From a bacterium (GTDB lineage Bacteria; Zhuqueibacterota; Zhuqueibacteria; Residuimicrobiales; Krinioviventaceae): a stretch of 64,000 nt of DNA. The position numbers and the translations under genes are program-made. This document shows positions 30,053 through 39,729 of this stretch, piece after piece. The DNA lies in contig CAXXFV010000023.1 of assembly GCA_963674595.2 (NCBI GenBank), forward strand, positions 128,001 through 192,000, written 5' to 3'. The notes beneath the pieces are model-generated. The model did not search any database and was not told where the DNA came from. It worked only from the letters and a program-made list of their open reading frames with translations. The first letter of the stretch is position 1; each line of letters starts with the position of its first letter.

Positions 30053-31848
30053 ATGATGAAGACGCAATCAAGATTTCCGAACGTCATTGGTGAACTGCTT
30101 TGGGAAGAACGAATTATCAGCAAAGAATCGTTCACCAAGGCGATGGATATTCTTGCAAAAAACGGTCAAAATAAAAGTTTGGGTGATATTCTTGTTCAAG
30201 AACTCGGATATGACCGTCATAAAATATATCGAGCTATTTCCCGTATCTATGCTTTTAGGGAAATTGATCTCAGCCGTATTACAATTTCCGACGGTTGGGC
30301 CAAGTTTATTCAAAAGTTTTATCGATCTTTGGAACTTCGGTATCGTAAAGAATTTGTAAATAAAAAACTAGTTCCTTTTGGCTATAGTGAAAAAAATAAA
30401 AACCTTTTGTTGTTTTTAACTCCAGACCCAACAGACAGAAAAAATGAAGAGGTCCTTCGACAGGCAGGATTTAAAAAATTTGAACTGGCTTATGCGAAAC
30501 TTGAAGCTATAACTGAACTGATCAACCGCACCATTCCAAAAGAAAATGAGTTTCTTGAGGTTGTTAAAGAAGCCAGTGAAGTTAAAACCATTGAAGAAGA
30601 AGAAACCGAAGAAAATTCCGGACTCGATGAAGATGAATTGAATGCTTCTATCAATCAAAGTGTATTGATAAACCTGTTTGAAGGATGTCTTATAGAGGCT
30701 GTGCGAAAAGGTGCAAGTGATATTCATATCATCCCTAAAGAGGGAAATATTACTGAAATTCATTTTAGAATAAACGGGCGTTTAACCATTTGGCATATTC
30801 AGGAAGGTACCAAACCGGAAGCTTTACTTGCCGTAGCAAAAGACAGAACTAAAAATGTTGACCGTTTTGAATGGGAAAAAGCCCAGGACGGTTTTATTCA
30901 GCGTGAAATTGATAACTATCTTATTCGTTTTTCGTGGTTTCTATCGTACCGATCGTATCTTCTGCTTTTACCAGAAAATATGAAAGCGTTGTTATTCGTG
31001 TGCTGGATGACCGTAAAGTTATAACCGATCTTGATAAACTTGGGTTGGATGAATTTTCCAAAAAAGAATTTTTAAGTGCTATAAAAAGACCACAAGGTAT
31101 GGTTATTTTAACAGGACCGACCGGAAGTGGAAAAAGTACAACCCTGGTTGCAGCGTTAAATTATGTAATTTCGCCGGAAGTTAATGTGCTTACTGTTGAA
31201 GATCCGGTGGAATATAACATTAAAGGTGCAAGACAGCTTAAAATAAGTTCGAAAATGGGATTTGATGAAGCTATTCGGGCTATTTTACGGCATGACCCGG
31301 ATGTTGTAATGGTAGGTGAAATTCGAGATCCGAAAACTGCTGATATCGGTATAAAGTTGGCAAATACGGGTCACCTCACTTTTTCTACCCTGCACACTAA
31401 TGATGCTGCCAGCGTTATATCACGACTTTATAAAATGGGCATTGAACCTTTTTTAATTGCAAATGCCATTAATCTGGTCGTTGCACAACGATTGATCCGT
31501 ACATTATGCAATTCCTGTAAAAGGGTTGTAAAAAACATGGATGTAAATATACCGCTCAGTTTGGGTTTTACGCGTGAAGAGCTGGCTGGCGCAAAATTTT
31601 ATGAACCGGTTGGTTGTGAAGAATGCCGCAATGGATATGCCGGACGAATGGGTATACATGAGGCATTACCTTTTACGCCGGAAATTAAACGAATAATATT
31701 AGATGCTTCTACGGATTTGGATGAAGATGCCTGTAAAGACGCCGCAATAAAATATGGCATGTCTACATTACGTGAGGCAGCTCGAAAACGAGCGTTGGAA
31801 GGGCGAACGAGTTTGGATGAAGTAGCAAGCGTAACAATGGATTCATAG
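30053..31848 (+). CDS. pilB: Type IV pilus assembly ATPase PilB/GspE (frameshift at about 30930)
   Basis: ASDIHI.P, RING, QDG, GPTGSGKSTT, EDPVEY, LRHDPDVVMVGEIRD, TGHL..STLHTN, CxxC...CxxC. Confidence 0.92.
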
Positions 31849-31896
31849 AATAAATAATAATTAATAATTTTATTGATAAGCATCTCGGAGAAAATT

Positions 31897-32280
31897 ATGG
31901 CACACATACTTGTAATCGACGATGAAAAAGAAATTCGTGATATTTGCGCTGATTTGTTAGAGTGCGAAGGTCACACTGTCGAAAAAGCTGCCGATAGTGT
32001 TGAAGCGCTGAGAATGGCCGATAAAAGCGCTTACGATTTGGCTTTAGTCGATCTGGTATTACCAGGAAGTTTGAATGGTTTGGGTATTATTGAACGTCTT
32101 CGCAACAAATCGAATAACATCCGCATTGTTGCATTTACCGGATTTGGAAGTGAAGATGCTGCAGATGTTTCGGTTAAGGCCGGCGCAGATGTTTTTATGG
32201 CTAAACCATTTTGGTCCAAACATTTGGTCGATACTGTTAATCGGCTGATCCGGAAAAACTATACAAAAAAAGTAAGTTAA
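31897..32280 (+). CDS. Single-domain response regulator (REC)
   Basis: ILVIDDE, LVD(phosphoacceptor)LVLPG, FTG, KPF. Confidence 0.9.
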   Translation: MAHILVIDDEKEIRDICADLLECEGHTVEKAADSVEALRMADKSAYDLALVDLVLPGSLNGLGIIERLRNKSNNIRIVAFTGFGSEDAADVSVKAGADVFMAKPFWSKHLVDTVNRLIRKNYTKKVS

Positions 32281-32315
32281 TAGTTACAACTTAATCTCGT
32301 GTTTAGGAGAGGTCA

Positions 32316-33224
32316 ATGGCCCGAATATTAGTCGTCGATGACGAACAGGAAATACGCAATATTAGTGCAGATGTCTTACAAATTGAAGGCTTTGTTGTAG
32401 ACACTGCTAAAGATGGCGATGAAGCTTTACACTTTGCTGATTCAAACAAGTATGATTTAGCCCTCGTAGACCTTGTCTTGCCGGGAAGTATGAATGGCTT
32501 GGACATAATTGAGCGGTTGAGAACGCTGTCTCCTAATATTAAAATTATTGCGTTTACCGGATTCGGTGGCATGGAAGTCGCAGAAAAAACCGTTAAAGCC
32601 GGCGCTGATGACTTTATGACAAAGCCATTTTGGGCAAACCACCTTATTCAGGCTGTAAGAAAACTTGTGGAAGAAGAAACAGCACCTCCTCCTGAGGCAA
32701 AACCGAAAAATGTTGATACGCAAACAGAACAGAAACCAAAAAGTATGCAACCTGTTGTGCCACGATTATTAAGCGGATTTGATAATAAAGTTGTAGCCAG
32801 TTTCATTAAAGCCGGAAATCGAAAACAAATTAAAGAAGGCGGAGAATTAGAAGTCAAGTGTAATCGGGAACTCGCTGTAATTTTAGCAGGTTCTGCCCGA
32901 TGTCTATTTCGTAATGGTGTTGTTGGTGATTTGAAGGGTGGCGACGCAATAGGCGAAGCATCCTTGTTTATAAAAAGCTCTGATATCGACATGATTTTAG
33001 AAGCTGAGACGGATTTAGATGTTGTTGTCTTTTCCAAAGATGACCTGAGAAAGTTTTTTATGAGCCAGGATAAAAAGTTTTTTACACGGTTTGCAGCGAA
33101 TGTAATTATCGGTTTGTCAAGCAAGGTTTTTGATGCTTATGAACAAATCGCCGTAAATAGTGCAGCCAGGAATACATCTAAGATGTTCAGAGGATCATCG
33201 ATTCATAATAAGATGATAGCCTGA
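32316..33224 (+). CDS. Response regulator REC + cyclic-nucleotide-binding-like domain
   Basis: REC paralogous to the upstream gene; Pro/Lys linker; VILAGSA...LKGGDAIGEASLF...AETD.DV cNMP-fold pattern. Confidence 0.8.
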   Translation: MARILVVDDEQEIRNISADVLQIEGFVVDTAKDGDEALHFADSNKYDLALVDLVLPGSMNGLDIIERLRTLSPNIKIIAFTGFGGMEVAEKTVKAGADDFMTKPFWANHLIQAVRKLVEEETAPPPEAKPKNVDTQTEQKPKSMQPVVPRLLSGFDNKVVASFIKAGNRKQIKEGGELEVKCNRELAVILAGSARCLFRNGVVGDLKGGDAIGEASLFIKSSDIDMILEAETDLDVVVFSKDDLRKFFMSQDKKFFTRFAANVIIGLSSKVFDAYEQIAVNSAARNTSKMFRGSSIHNKMIA

Positions 33225-33266
33225 ACGAACAAGTTAGGCTTTTAGAGATTGTAAAGGAAGGTATCC

Positions 33267-34256
33267 ATGTCTGAAAAACATGAAACAGCATTAGAGTTTG
33301 AGCTTCTTCAAATTGAAGAAAAGGGAGCACAGATGGCCCGAAAATGGTGGAACTATGTTCGATGGCTGTCTACTGTTAGCTTTCTGTCTGTAGGCATTCT
33401 GCAAATGGCAATGAATAATATGGAGCTTCCCAAAGACGCTTTCCTGCTTACGTTAACAGGAATAGTATTATTAAATATCGTCTACAGTTTTTTCTTGGGT
33501 AGTTATACCAAACAACAACTTTACCATGTTTTTTACAATTTAATGGATGTTGCCATGTTCTCCCTGGCAATATTTATGACAGGTGGTATGAAAAGTCCTT
33601 TAATTTGGAGCTACTTGATACCAATTTTAACATCAAGTATTAATATTGGTCACCGTGCCGGGTTGACCGCGAGTATCGCCAGTGTTATCGGCTTATTTAT
33701 GGTGATGCTTATGGACAGCAGCGTTGTTGTTTTTGGCATGTCAACATTTGGCGAAAGTGCGAAACATATTTTTCAAAACAATACACATACACTGCTTTCT
33801 TATGCCTGTCTGTTCTTTCTTGCCTATTTTATTTCATCTTTTTTAGCCAATACGTTACGGCTACAAAATGGTATGCTGTCAAAAATGAATTATTTGCTTA
33901 ACAAAAAGAACCGACAACTTATAGAATCTCAGGAAAAACTGGTGCAGATGGAGCGCCGGGCTACAATCGATAAAATGGCAAGAACAATTCAAAATGAACT
34001 GAATGATCCTTTGACGATTGTTTCCATGAATGTAGAGATGTTATCAAAGAGTCAAGCCGCTGTAAAACCGGAACGTATTCATGCGATTGCCGAATCTATT
34101 CAGAGAATTCAAAAAGTTTTGGCCAAAATAGAGGATTTATACAAATCGAGCTCTACCACAAAAAGCAGGTCAAAGGACATAAAAATAGTAGATGTTTATC
34201 AAACAAAAATAAATAATGATTTGCCTATGGACGCTGATCCATACTCAAAAAATTAG
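33267..34256 (+). CDS. Membrane sensor with degenerate HisKA domain and no ATPase domain (PilS-like pseudo-kinase)
   Basis: About 6 TM helices (TGG..SP motif), coiled coil, LVQMERRATIDKMARTIQNELNDPL (H-box His replaced); ends without HATPase boxes. Confidence 0.7.
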   Translation: MSEKHETALEFELLQIEEKGAQMARKWWNYVRWLSTVSFLSVGILQMAMNNMELPKDAFLLTLTGIVLLNIVYSFFLGSYTKQQLYHVFYNLMDVAMFSLAIFMTGGMKSPLIWSYLIPILTSSINIGHRAGLTASIASVIGLFMVMLMDSSVVVFGMSTFGESAKHIFQNNTHTLLSYACLFFLAYFISSFLANTLRLQNGMLSKMNYLLNKKNRQLIESQEKLVQMERRATIDKMARTIQNELNDPLTIVSMNVEMLSKSQAAVKPERIHAIAESIQRIQKVLAKIEDLYKSSSTTKSRSKDIKIVDVYQTKINNDLPMDADPYSKN

Positions 34257-34280
34257 TCGGTTTAAAATAAAGAATGTGTT

Positions 34281-35495
34281 ATGGTACAAGATATTTTACA
34301 TAAAGTTATTGATTCATTACCAAAACATGTTGATGGTCTGGAAAGACAATTGGCAATCGGTAAGCAGGTTATGAGTCTGTCTCATCAGGAACGTGAAATA
34401 TTACATGATCAGATGAATAAATACCTTGTGTATATGAGAGAAAGTTCTTCGTCTGACATTGAAATAGGAGGGGCAACCGCTGGTGAAAAGATTTGGCTTC
34501 GCGTTTACGGAAAAAAAGCACCGCATACCGATTTGGGTCTTTTAACTTTGGATGAATCTGATGTACTATTGCAAAGTTTAATATCGCCAAAGCAAAGAGA
34601 ACGATTGTTTAAAAATCGTGCTACAGATTTTTCTTATTCATTAAAACATAACGGTGGCGTCTTTCGTTGGCGTGCCAGTATGTATATGGATTATGGCTAT
34701 TTAGCCTTAAATATGAGGTCAATCAATGACCAGGTCCTTCCCTTTATTAAACTAGGTTTGCATCGAAATATTGCCAAGTCATTATCATTGGCTCATGAAA
34801 AACAAGGCCTCATTTTAATTACCGGTATCACTGGTTCCGGTAAAAGTACGACAATGGACTCTATTATTGATGCAAATAATCAGACTGTGGAAGGACACAT
34901 TGTTATTATTGGTGATCCAATTGAATTTATACATAATTCCAAAAGATGTATTGTAAGGCACAGAGAAGTAGGTCGTGATGTCCTTTCTTTTAAAGATGGC
35001 GCCATACAGGCATTACGACAGGATCCTGATATCATTGTTGTCGGTGAAATGAGAGATCCCGAGACAATTATGACATGTTTGGAGATAACAGATACCGGAC
35101 ATAAAGTTTTTTCAACACTACATACCTGTTCTGCCGTAGAAACAATTGACCGAATTGTAGCAGAAGTACCGGAAGTTGAGCAAGACCGTGTAAGAAGCCG
35201 GTTGGCAGATGTTTTAAGAGTTGTTATGTCTCAAAAACTTGTGCCAACCATGGATAATAAATTAACATTGGCAAAAGAAATATTGTTGGTTACATCATCC
35301 GTGAAAGCGGCTATCAGGAATAAAAATACACATGAAATATATCAAATGATCAGTGAAGGTGGAAAGATTGGGATGATGACACTCGAGCAGGATTTATACA
35401 CGTTGTATAAAAAAAGAGTAATCAGTGAACAAACGGCATTTGATTTTGCGAATAATAAAAAACGATTGCAAGAACTCTTGCTTAATAGAGTTTAG
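34281..35495 (+). CDS. pilT: Type IV pilus retraction ATPase PilT/PilU
   Basis: GITGSGKSTT, DPIEF.H, REVG.D, ALRQDPDII.VGEMRD, TGH.VFSTLHT, GMMTLEQDL. Confidence 0.92.
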   Translation: MVQDILHKVIDSLPKHVDGLERQLAIGKQVMSLSHQEREILHDQMNKYLVYMRESSSSDIEIGGATAGEKIWLRVYGKKAPHTDLGLLTLDESDVLLQSLISPKQRERLFKNRATDFSYSLKHNGGVFRWRASMYMDYGYLALNMRSINDQVLPFIKLGLHRNIAKSLSLAHEKQGLILITGITGSGKSTTMDSIIDANNQTVEGHIVIIGDPIEFIHNSKRCIVRHREVGRDVLSFKDGAIQALRQDPDIIVVGEMRDPETIMTCLEITDTGHKVFSTLHTCSAVETIDRIVAEVPEVEQDRVRSRLADVLRVVMSQKLVPTMDNKLTLAKEILLVTSSVKAAIRNKNTHEIYQMISEGGKIGMMTLEQDLYTLYKKRVISEQTAFDFANNKKRLQELLLNRV

Positions 35496-35503
35496 GAAAT
35501 AAA

Positions 35504-37054
35504 ATGGGTAAAAGAGTACTTGGCATATTTATCGATGGACAGATTTTAAAATCGGCATTGGTTCATAAAATTGAAGACAGTCTTGTCCTTGAACGTATGG
35601 AAACCGTCAAACTTTATGACTCTCTAGACCTTTCAGAAACGATGGATGCTCTGGAAGATGATGAAGAAAATGATGTTTTTGCCAGCGAGGAGGAAGAGAG
35701 TCCATTTGAACTGGATGGCGACGCTGAAAACAGCATGACAGTTGTTCAGGCAGACAGCAACGCAGATGTTATACTGGATTTGATAAAGAATATGATACCC
35801 AAAGGGACATCTGTAGCCATTAATATATGTGATACATATACTGTTTATAAAGATATTCCTGCCCTTTCAGATGGAAAATTGAAAAATATTAAAAAAGATA
35901 TTTGGAAAGAATTCAATCCGGGTGCGGAGCTTGATCCAATTACCGAAAACATTGGATATTTTAAAAGGCACGATGGCAGTTATGTGGGTATGTATCATGA
36001 TGATCCGATCGTATTTTCCACTTTATTGGCAGAGACTATTGAATATACAAAGAAACAGCCGCCCCGTATCGATTTAATTGATACTATTGAATTTGCTCTG
36101 GCTCATGAAGTTAGTTACGGATTTGACCTGGGTGAAAACGAACATGTCGCTGTTATCGTTTTTGCCAAAAGATTTACTAAAATATTTTTTATGCTTGGCA
36201 ATGAAATAGAGCTGGTCCTTCCCACCATTCATGAAGGGTCCGATTCAAAGAGTATTTGTGAAACTATTTTGTCAAAAATATTGTTTGAATTCGATTCCGG
36301 TAATATAGGTCCGTTGCACAGAATGATTATGGTTGGTGACAGTGAAGTTGTAAATGCTGAACAAATATTCCAGGAAAAATTAATTTCACTCCCAATTCAA
36401 AGATTTGATATAGAACGTTTGACCTTTGCTTCAGAAATTGAAACACAGGAAAATCGTATTAAAGATTATGGTGTGGCCATTGCGCTGGCAATTAAAGCCC
36501 TTGAGGGAAGAAAAGATTCCCTGTATAATCAAAACTATTTACCAAGACGAATTCGGGACAAACAATCCGTTTATAAACTCGCCTGGCATGGTATGGTAAC
36601 GCTGGCTTTACTGTTTGTTTGTGTGATGTTTTTGAGCTACAACAGTATAAAACGCGCCCAGGAAATTCAGTTAGCCAAAGAGTCTATTGGAGAATTAGAC
36701 TATAAACTTCAATCTCTTGCATCCGTTGAAATGGAAGTAGACAGCCTGAGGTTTCAGATAAACAAATTACAGGCGGGAGCATCGCTATTGGATTCACTAT
36801 TACAAAATGTGACTCGATGGTCTCCTGTTATGGAAATTTTTTCCGATGCACATCGCAAAGTCGGAAACTTTTCAATAGTCAATATGAAAACTAATACAAA
36901 CAATAAATTTGTTGTTGATGCTGAAGTGACAGACAAAAATGCTGTTGCAGAATTGGAAAGATTTATAAACAATAGCCGTGTTTTATCAGTTGTCACTACC
37001 CAACAAGAAGCCGGCAATAATTTACGTGTTCAGATAGAGTGTGTAGTTGATTAA
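35504..37054 (+). CDS. PilM-like actin-fold domain fused to a PilN-like TM/coiled-coil domain
   Basis: N-terminal VLGIFIDG..LK; AIALA...NYLP (PilM end joined to PilN INLLP motif), TM helix, coiled coil, W....FS periplasmic domain. Confidence 0.7.
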   Translation: MGKRVLGIFIDGQILKSALVHKIEDSLVLERMETVKLYDSLDLSETMDALEDDEENDVFASEEEESPFELDGDAENSMTVVQADSNADVILDLIKNMIPKGTSVAINICDTYTVYKDIPALSDGKLKNIKKDIWKEFNPGAELDPITENIGYFKRHDGSYVGMYHDDPIVFSTLLAETIEYTKKQPPRIDLIDTIEFALAHEVSYGFDLGENEHVAVIVFAKRFTKIFFMLGNEIELVLPTIHEGSDSKSICETILSKILFEFDSGNIGPLHRMIMVGDSEVVNAEQIFQEKLISLPIQRFDIERLTFASEIETQENRIKDYGVAIALAIKALEGRKDSLYNQNYLPRRIRDKQSVYKLAWHGMVTLALLFVCVMFLSYNSIKRAQEIQLAKESIGELDYKLQSLASVEMEVDSLRFQINKLQAGASLLDSLLQNVTRWSPVMEIFSDAHRKVGNFSIVNMKTNTNNKFVVDAEVTDKNAVAELERFINNSRVLSVVTTQQEAGNNLRVQIECVVD

Positions 37055-37082
37055 GGTCAATTTTTAAAGTAGGTATATTTGT

Positions 37083-38021
37083 ATGTCTTATACAATTCGA
37101 AATACGATTATTTTAGCAGCCTTTTGGACGATTATATTGGCTGTTGGATTTTACAATCTGTACGGACGTCAAGGTAAAATCAAAAAACAATTAATTGCGG
37201 AAAAGACACAAAAGTTTAAAAAAGTAACCCGACTTGAAGAACTGGCCCGTGACCGAACCGAGTTATACGAGTTTTATCAAAAGATTAAAGATATGCATAA
37301 GGATCAAAATTGTGTGATTACGGCCGGTGAAACTCCTGGTGAAACTTATGACTATATCTTGAGAGAAGTAAAAAGAGATAACGCTAAATTAGACCTTGAT
37401 TTGGTATTTATGCAGGAAGATTCGGTTCAGGGTGTTTCACATAAAGTCTATGCATTCAGTGGTGAGGGAAATTTTGTTGATTTATATAAAATTATTTGGT
37501 TTATCGAGAATGGTCCAATTTATTATGATTTGAGATCAATCTCTATTGACCGTATAGACAGAGATGAAATAGGTCCGGTTGCCAATCAGGCAGAAATCAG
37601 TTTTTCTTCAACTCTTCACTCATACTCAGGAAAAGAAGGCCCCAGTATTACATTATTAAATGAAAGTGTTGGAGAACCTGTTCAATTAGCAAATATGGTT
37701 AAACCTATGTTTAAAAGTTACATGCCTGAACCTGTTAGAGCCCCTAAAACAAATTATGCTGCTGTTTCAAAACCTGCTCCGGTTGTTCAGCGAAACACAG
37801 AGGGCTTGCCGGAAATTTCCGCATCAAGTGAATTGTTGGCTATAACCCCGTTTTCAGTTATGGTAAAAGGTAACAAGGGCAGGACTTATAAACTAAGAAA
37901 AGGAGACCGTATTTTCGGTGGTTATTTACAAAATATTAATCCTGTTCAACATAATGCAGTTTTTCAAATTAGTAAAGGTGGCGGTTCAAGTCCGCTTGTC
38001 TTAACTCTGGTATCAAAATAA
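37083..38021 (+). CDS. PilO-like alignment protein with possible PilP-like C-terminal beta domain
   Basis: N-terminal TM, coiled coil, G.F.DLYK.I..IEN (PilO-like), Pro-rich linker, Y.L.KGD...GG.L..I. Confidence 0.6.
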   Translation: MSYTIRNTIILAAFWTIILAVGFYNLYGRQGKIKKQLIAEKTQKFKKVTRLEELARDRTELYEFYQKIKDMHKDQNCVITAGETPGETYDYILREVKRDNAKLDLDLVFMQEDSVQGVSHKVYAFSGEGNFVDLYKIIWFIENGPIYYDLRSISIDRIDRDEIGPVANQAEISFSSTLHSYSGKEGPSITLLNESVGEPVQLANMVKPMFKSYMPEPVRAPKTNYAAVSKPAPVVQRNTEGLPEISASSELLAITPFSVMVKGNKGRTYKLRKGDRIFGGYLQNINPVQHNAVFQISKGGGSSPLVLTLVSK

Positions 38022-38033
38022 GAGAAGAGTTCA

Positions 38034-39614
38034 ATGAAAAAGAAAAGAACACTATTGTTAGCAGTTGTTTTTGCCTGTATATTTAAAGTTGCTGATGCGC
38101 AAGATCGGCTGCCTCGGGAGTACGTACCTCCTGAAGAATTAGTGTCCATGAATAGTGACTTGGAATTAGGTGTGGCACTGGATCTGTTAAGTGAATATTC
38201 AATACAATTTGCAGGAAAGCCGATTTATGATCCTTTGAAAACAAAAGGATCAATTGGCGTTGATATACGTGGACTTCCCTGGCAAAAAGCATTGGAAATG
38301 ATTCTAAGCAGCAAGGGGTTGTGGTTTGTGGAGAGCGAACATTACCTCCAGGTTGTAGAGGCAAATGAATCTGGAGCACAAGGTGATATTATTAAACTTG
38401 AAGACGGCACACAGTTAAAGGTAGGCGGTCGTGAAGTTAAAATTGAAGCCATCTTTTTTGAAGGTAACCGAAAAAGTCTTAGAGAAATTGGAATTGACTG
38501 GAGTACTTTTTATAACGGTGAATTGGATTTAACGGCAGATGCTATTGGCGCTCTTAATATGGGTGAAGAGTATTTTACTTTGGATATGACTTTTCCCAAG
38601 AAAACATTTGGTGTTGATATTCACGCTCTTTTAAAAGCTTTTGATTCTAATAATGTTGGTGAAGTTTTGGCCCAACCTCAAATTGTCGTAATGGAAGGAA
38701 AACAGGGAAAAATTCAGGTTGGACAAGATTTTTCAATCAAAACCCGTGATTTTGCTGGAAATGTTATTGACCGCTTTTTTAGCACCGGAACTATATTACA
38801 GGTTACGCCTTATATTTTAAACGATGCAGAAAAAGGTAAAGCAATATTTCTTAACATACACGTAGAACGCAGTCAGGCAGTTCCTGATGTTGTTAGTACA
38901 ATTATCAATAAATCGGAGGCTAATTCTAATCTACAGTTGTTTGATGGCGAAGAAACCTTGATTGCCGGACTATATTCAACTGAAAATACGATGTTAAGAA
39001 AAGGAATTCCAATATTAAAGGATTTACCCTGGTGGTTATTAGGAATTCGATATATATTTGGATATGAACGTGAAGAGACAACGCAAAAGGAATTGGTCAT
39101 TATAATTAGAGCGTCTTTATTACCGGATGTATATAATCGTGACAATAGTGAAGAAAATGAAATTCAGCAACACAAGTATAATCAGCCGGATGAATTAAAA
39201 TTACGTCCGCTGCAATCTGATTATTATTCGCAGCAATATTCTGAGCAAGAAGCTCGGGATAAAGTCAGGATTATTACATCCTCTGAACCGGAGAGAAAAG
39301 GTGCTGAAAAACGAGTTGAACAATATAAATATGATGATAAATCCGACCATGTAAAAGAGTTAAAGCGCGGCATAATAACCAAACTGCAAAACCAATTGGC
39401 ACTCATTGAATGGGAAGAACCCAATGTAGCTTCCCAGGTTGTTGGTAAATATTTAACTGTTCTTCGCAGAAGCGGAGATCAACCTTTTAAGGCTATCGGC
39501 AAGGTTCATGTAATTAAATTTTACAATTCAAGGACCGTTGCCACCCGTCATTCCCAGGGCAAAACAATGTGTCCAGAGTTGATTGTTGGAGATCGTGTTG
39601 TTGCTAATCTTTAG
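38034..39614 (+). CDS. pilQ: Secretin PilQ/GspD with C-terminal extension
   Basis: Signal peptide; LPWQKALE.IL (N domain); VLAQPQI..EG..G.I.VG; G.ILQVTP; DGE...IAGL; GIPILKDLP; ELVIII. Confidence 0.9.
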   Translation: MKKKRTLLLAVVFACIFKVADAQDRLPREYVPPEELVSMNSDLELGVALDLLSEYSIQFAGKPIYDPLKTKGSIGVDIRGLPWQKALEMILSSKGLWFVESEHYLQVVEANESGAQGDIIKLEDGTQLKVGGREVKIEAIFFEGNRKSLREIGIDWSTFYNGELDLTADAIGALNMGEEYFTLDMTFPKKTFGVDIHALLKAFDSNNVGEVLAQPQIVVMEGKQGKIQVGQDFSIKTRDFAGNVIDRFFSTGTILQVTPYILNDAEKGKAIFLNIHVERSQAVPDVVSTIINKSEANSNLQLFDGEETLIAGLYSTENTMLRKGIPILKDLPWWLLGIRYIFGYEREETTQKELVIIIRASLLPDVYNRDNSEENEIQQHKYNQPDELKLRPLQSDYYSQQYSEQEARDKVRIITSSEPERKGAEKRVEQYKYDDKSDHVKELKRGIITKLQNQLALIEWEEPNVASQVVGKYLTVLRRSGDQPFKAIGKVHVIKFYNSRTVATRHSQGKTMCPELIVGDRVVANL

Positions 39615-39633
39615 CTTATTTTGTTAGTTTATC

Positions 39634-39669
39634 AAGCCGGATGAATAATGTTCGTCCGGCTTTTTTTTT
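39634..39669 (+). terminator. Intrinsic terminator ending the pil operon
   Basis: AAGCCGGATGAA/TTCGTCCGGCTT stem plus T9. Confidence 0.85.
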
Positions 39670-39729
39670 GTTTGGTTTTCAAATCTGCTTTAATATATTG
39701 TTGTAAAAATATGTATAAAAGGGCGATGA

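Noticed and set aside
21496-31848. Calling sbcC, sbcD, pilC, pilB and the flippase-like gene pseudogenes or programmed frameshifts
   Set aside because: Catalytic motifs are intact and the indels sit mostly in homopolymers within one interval, consistent with consensus error.
28062-39614. Interpretation as a type II secretion system
   Set aside because: A PilT-family retraction ATPase and a separately promoted, terminated major pilin fit a pilus better.
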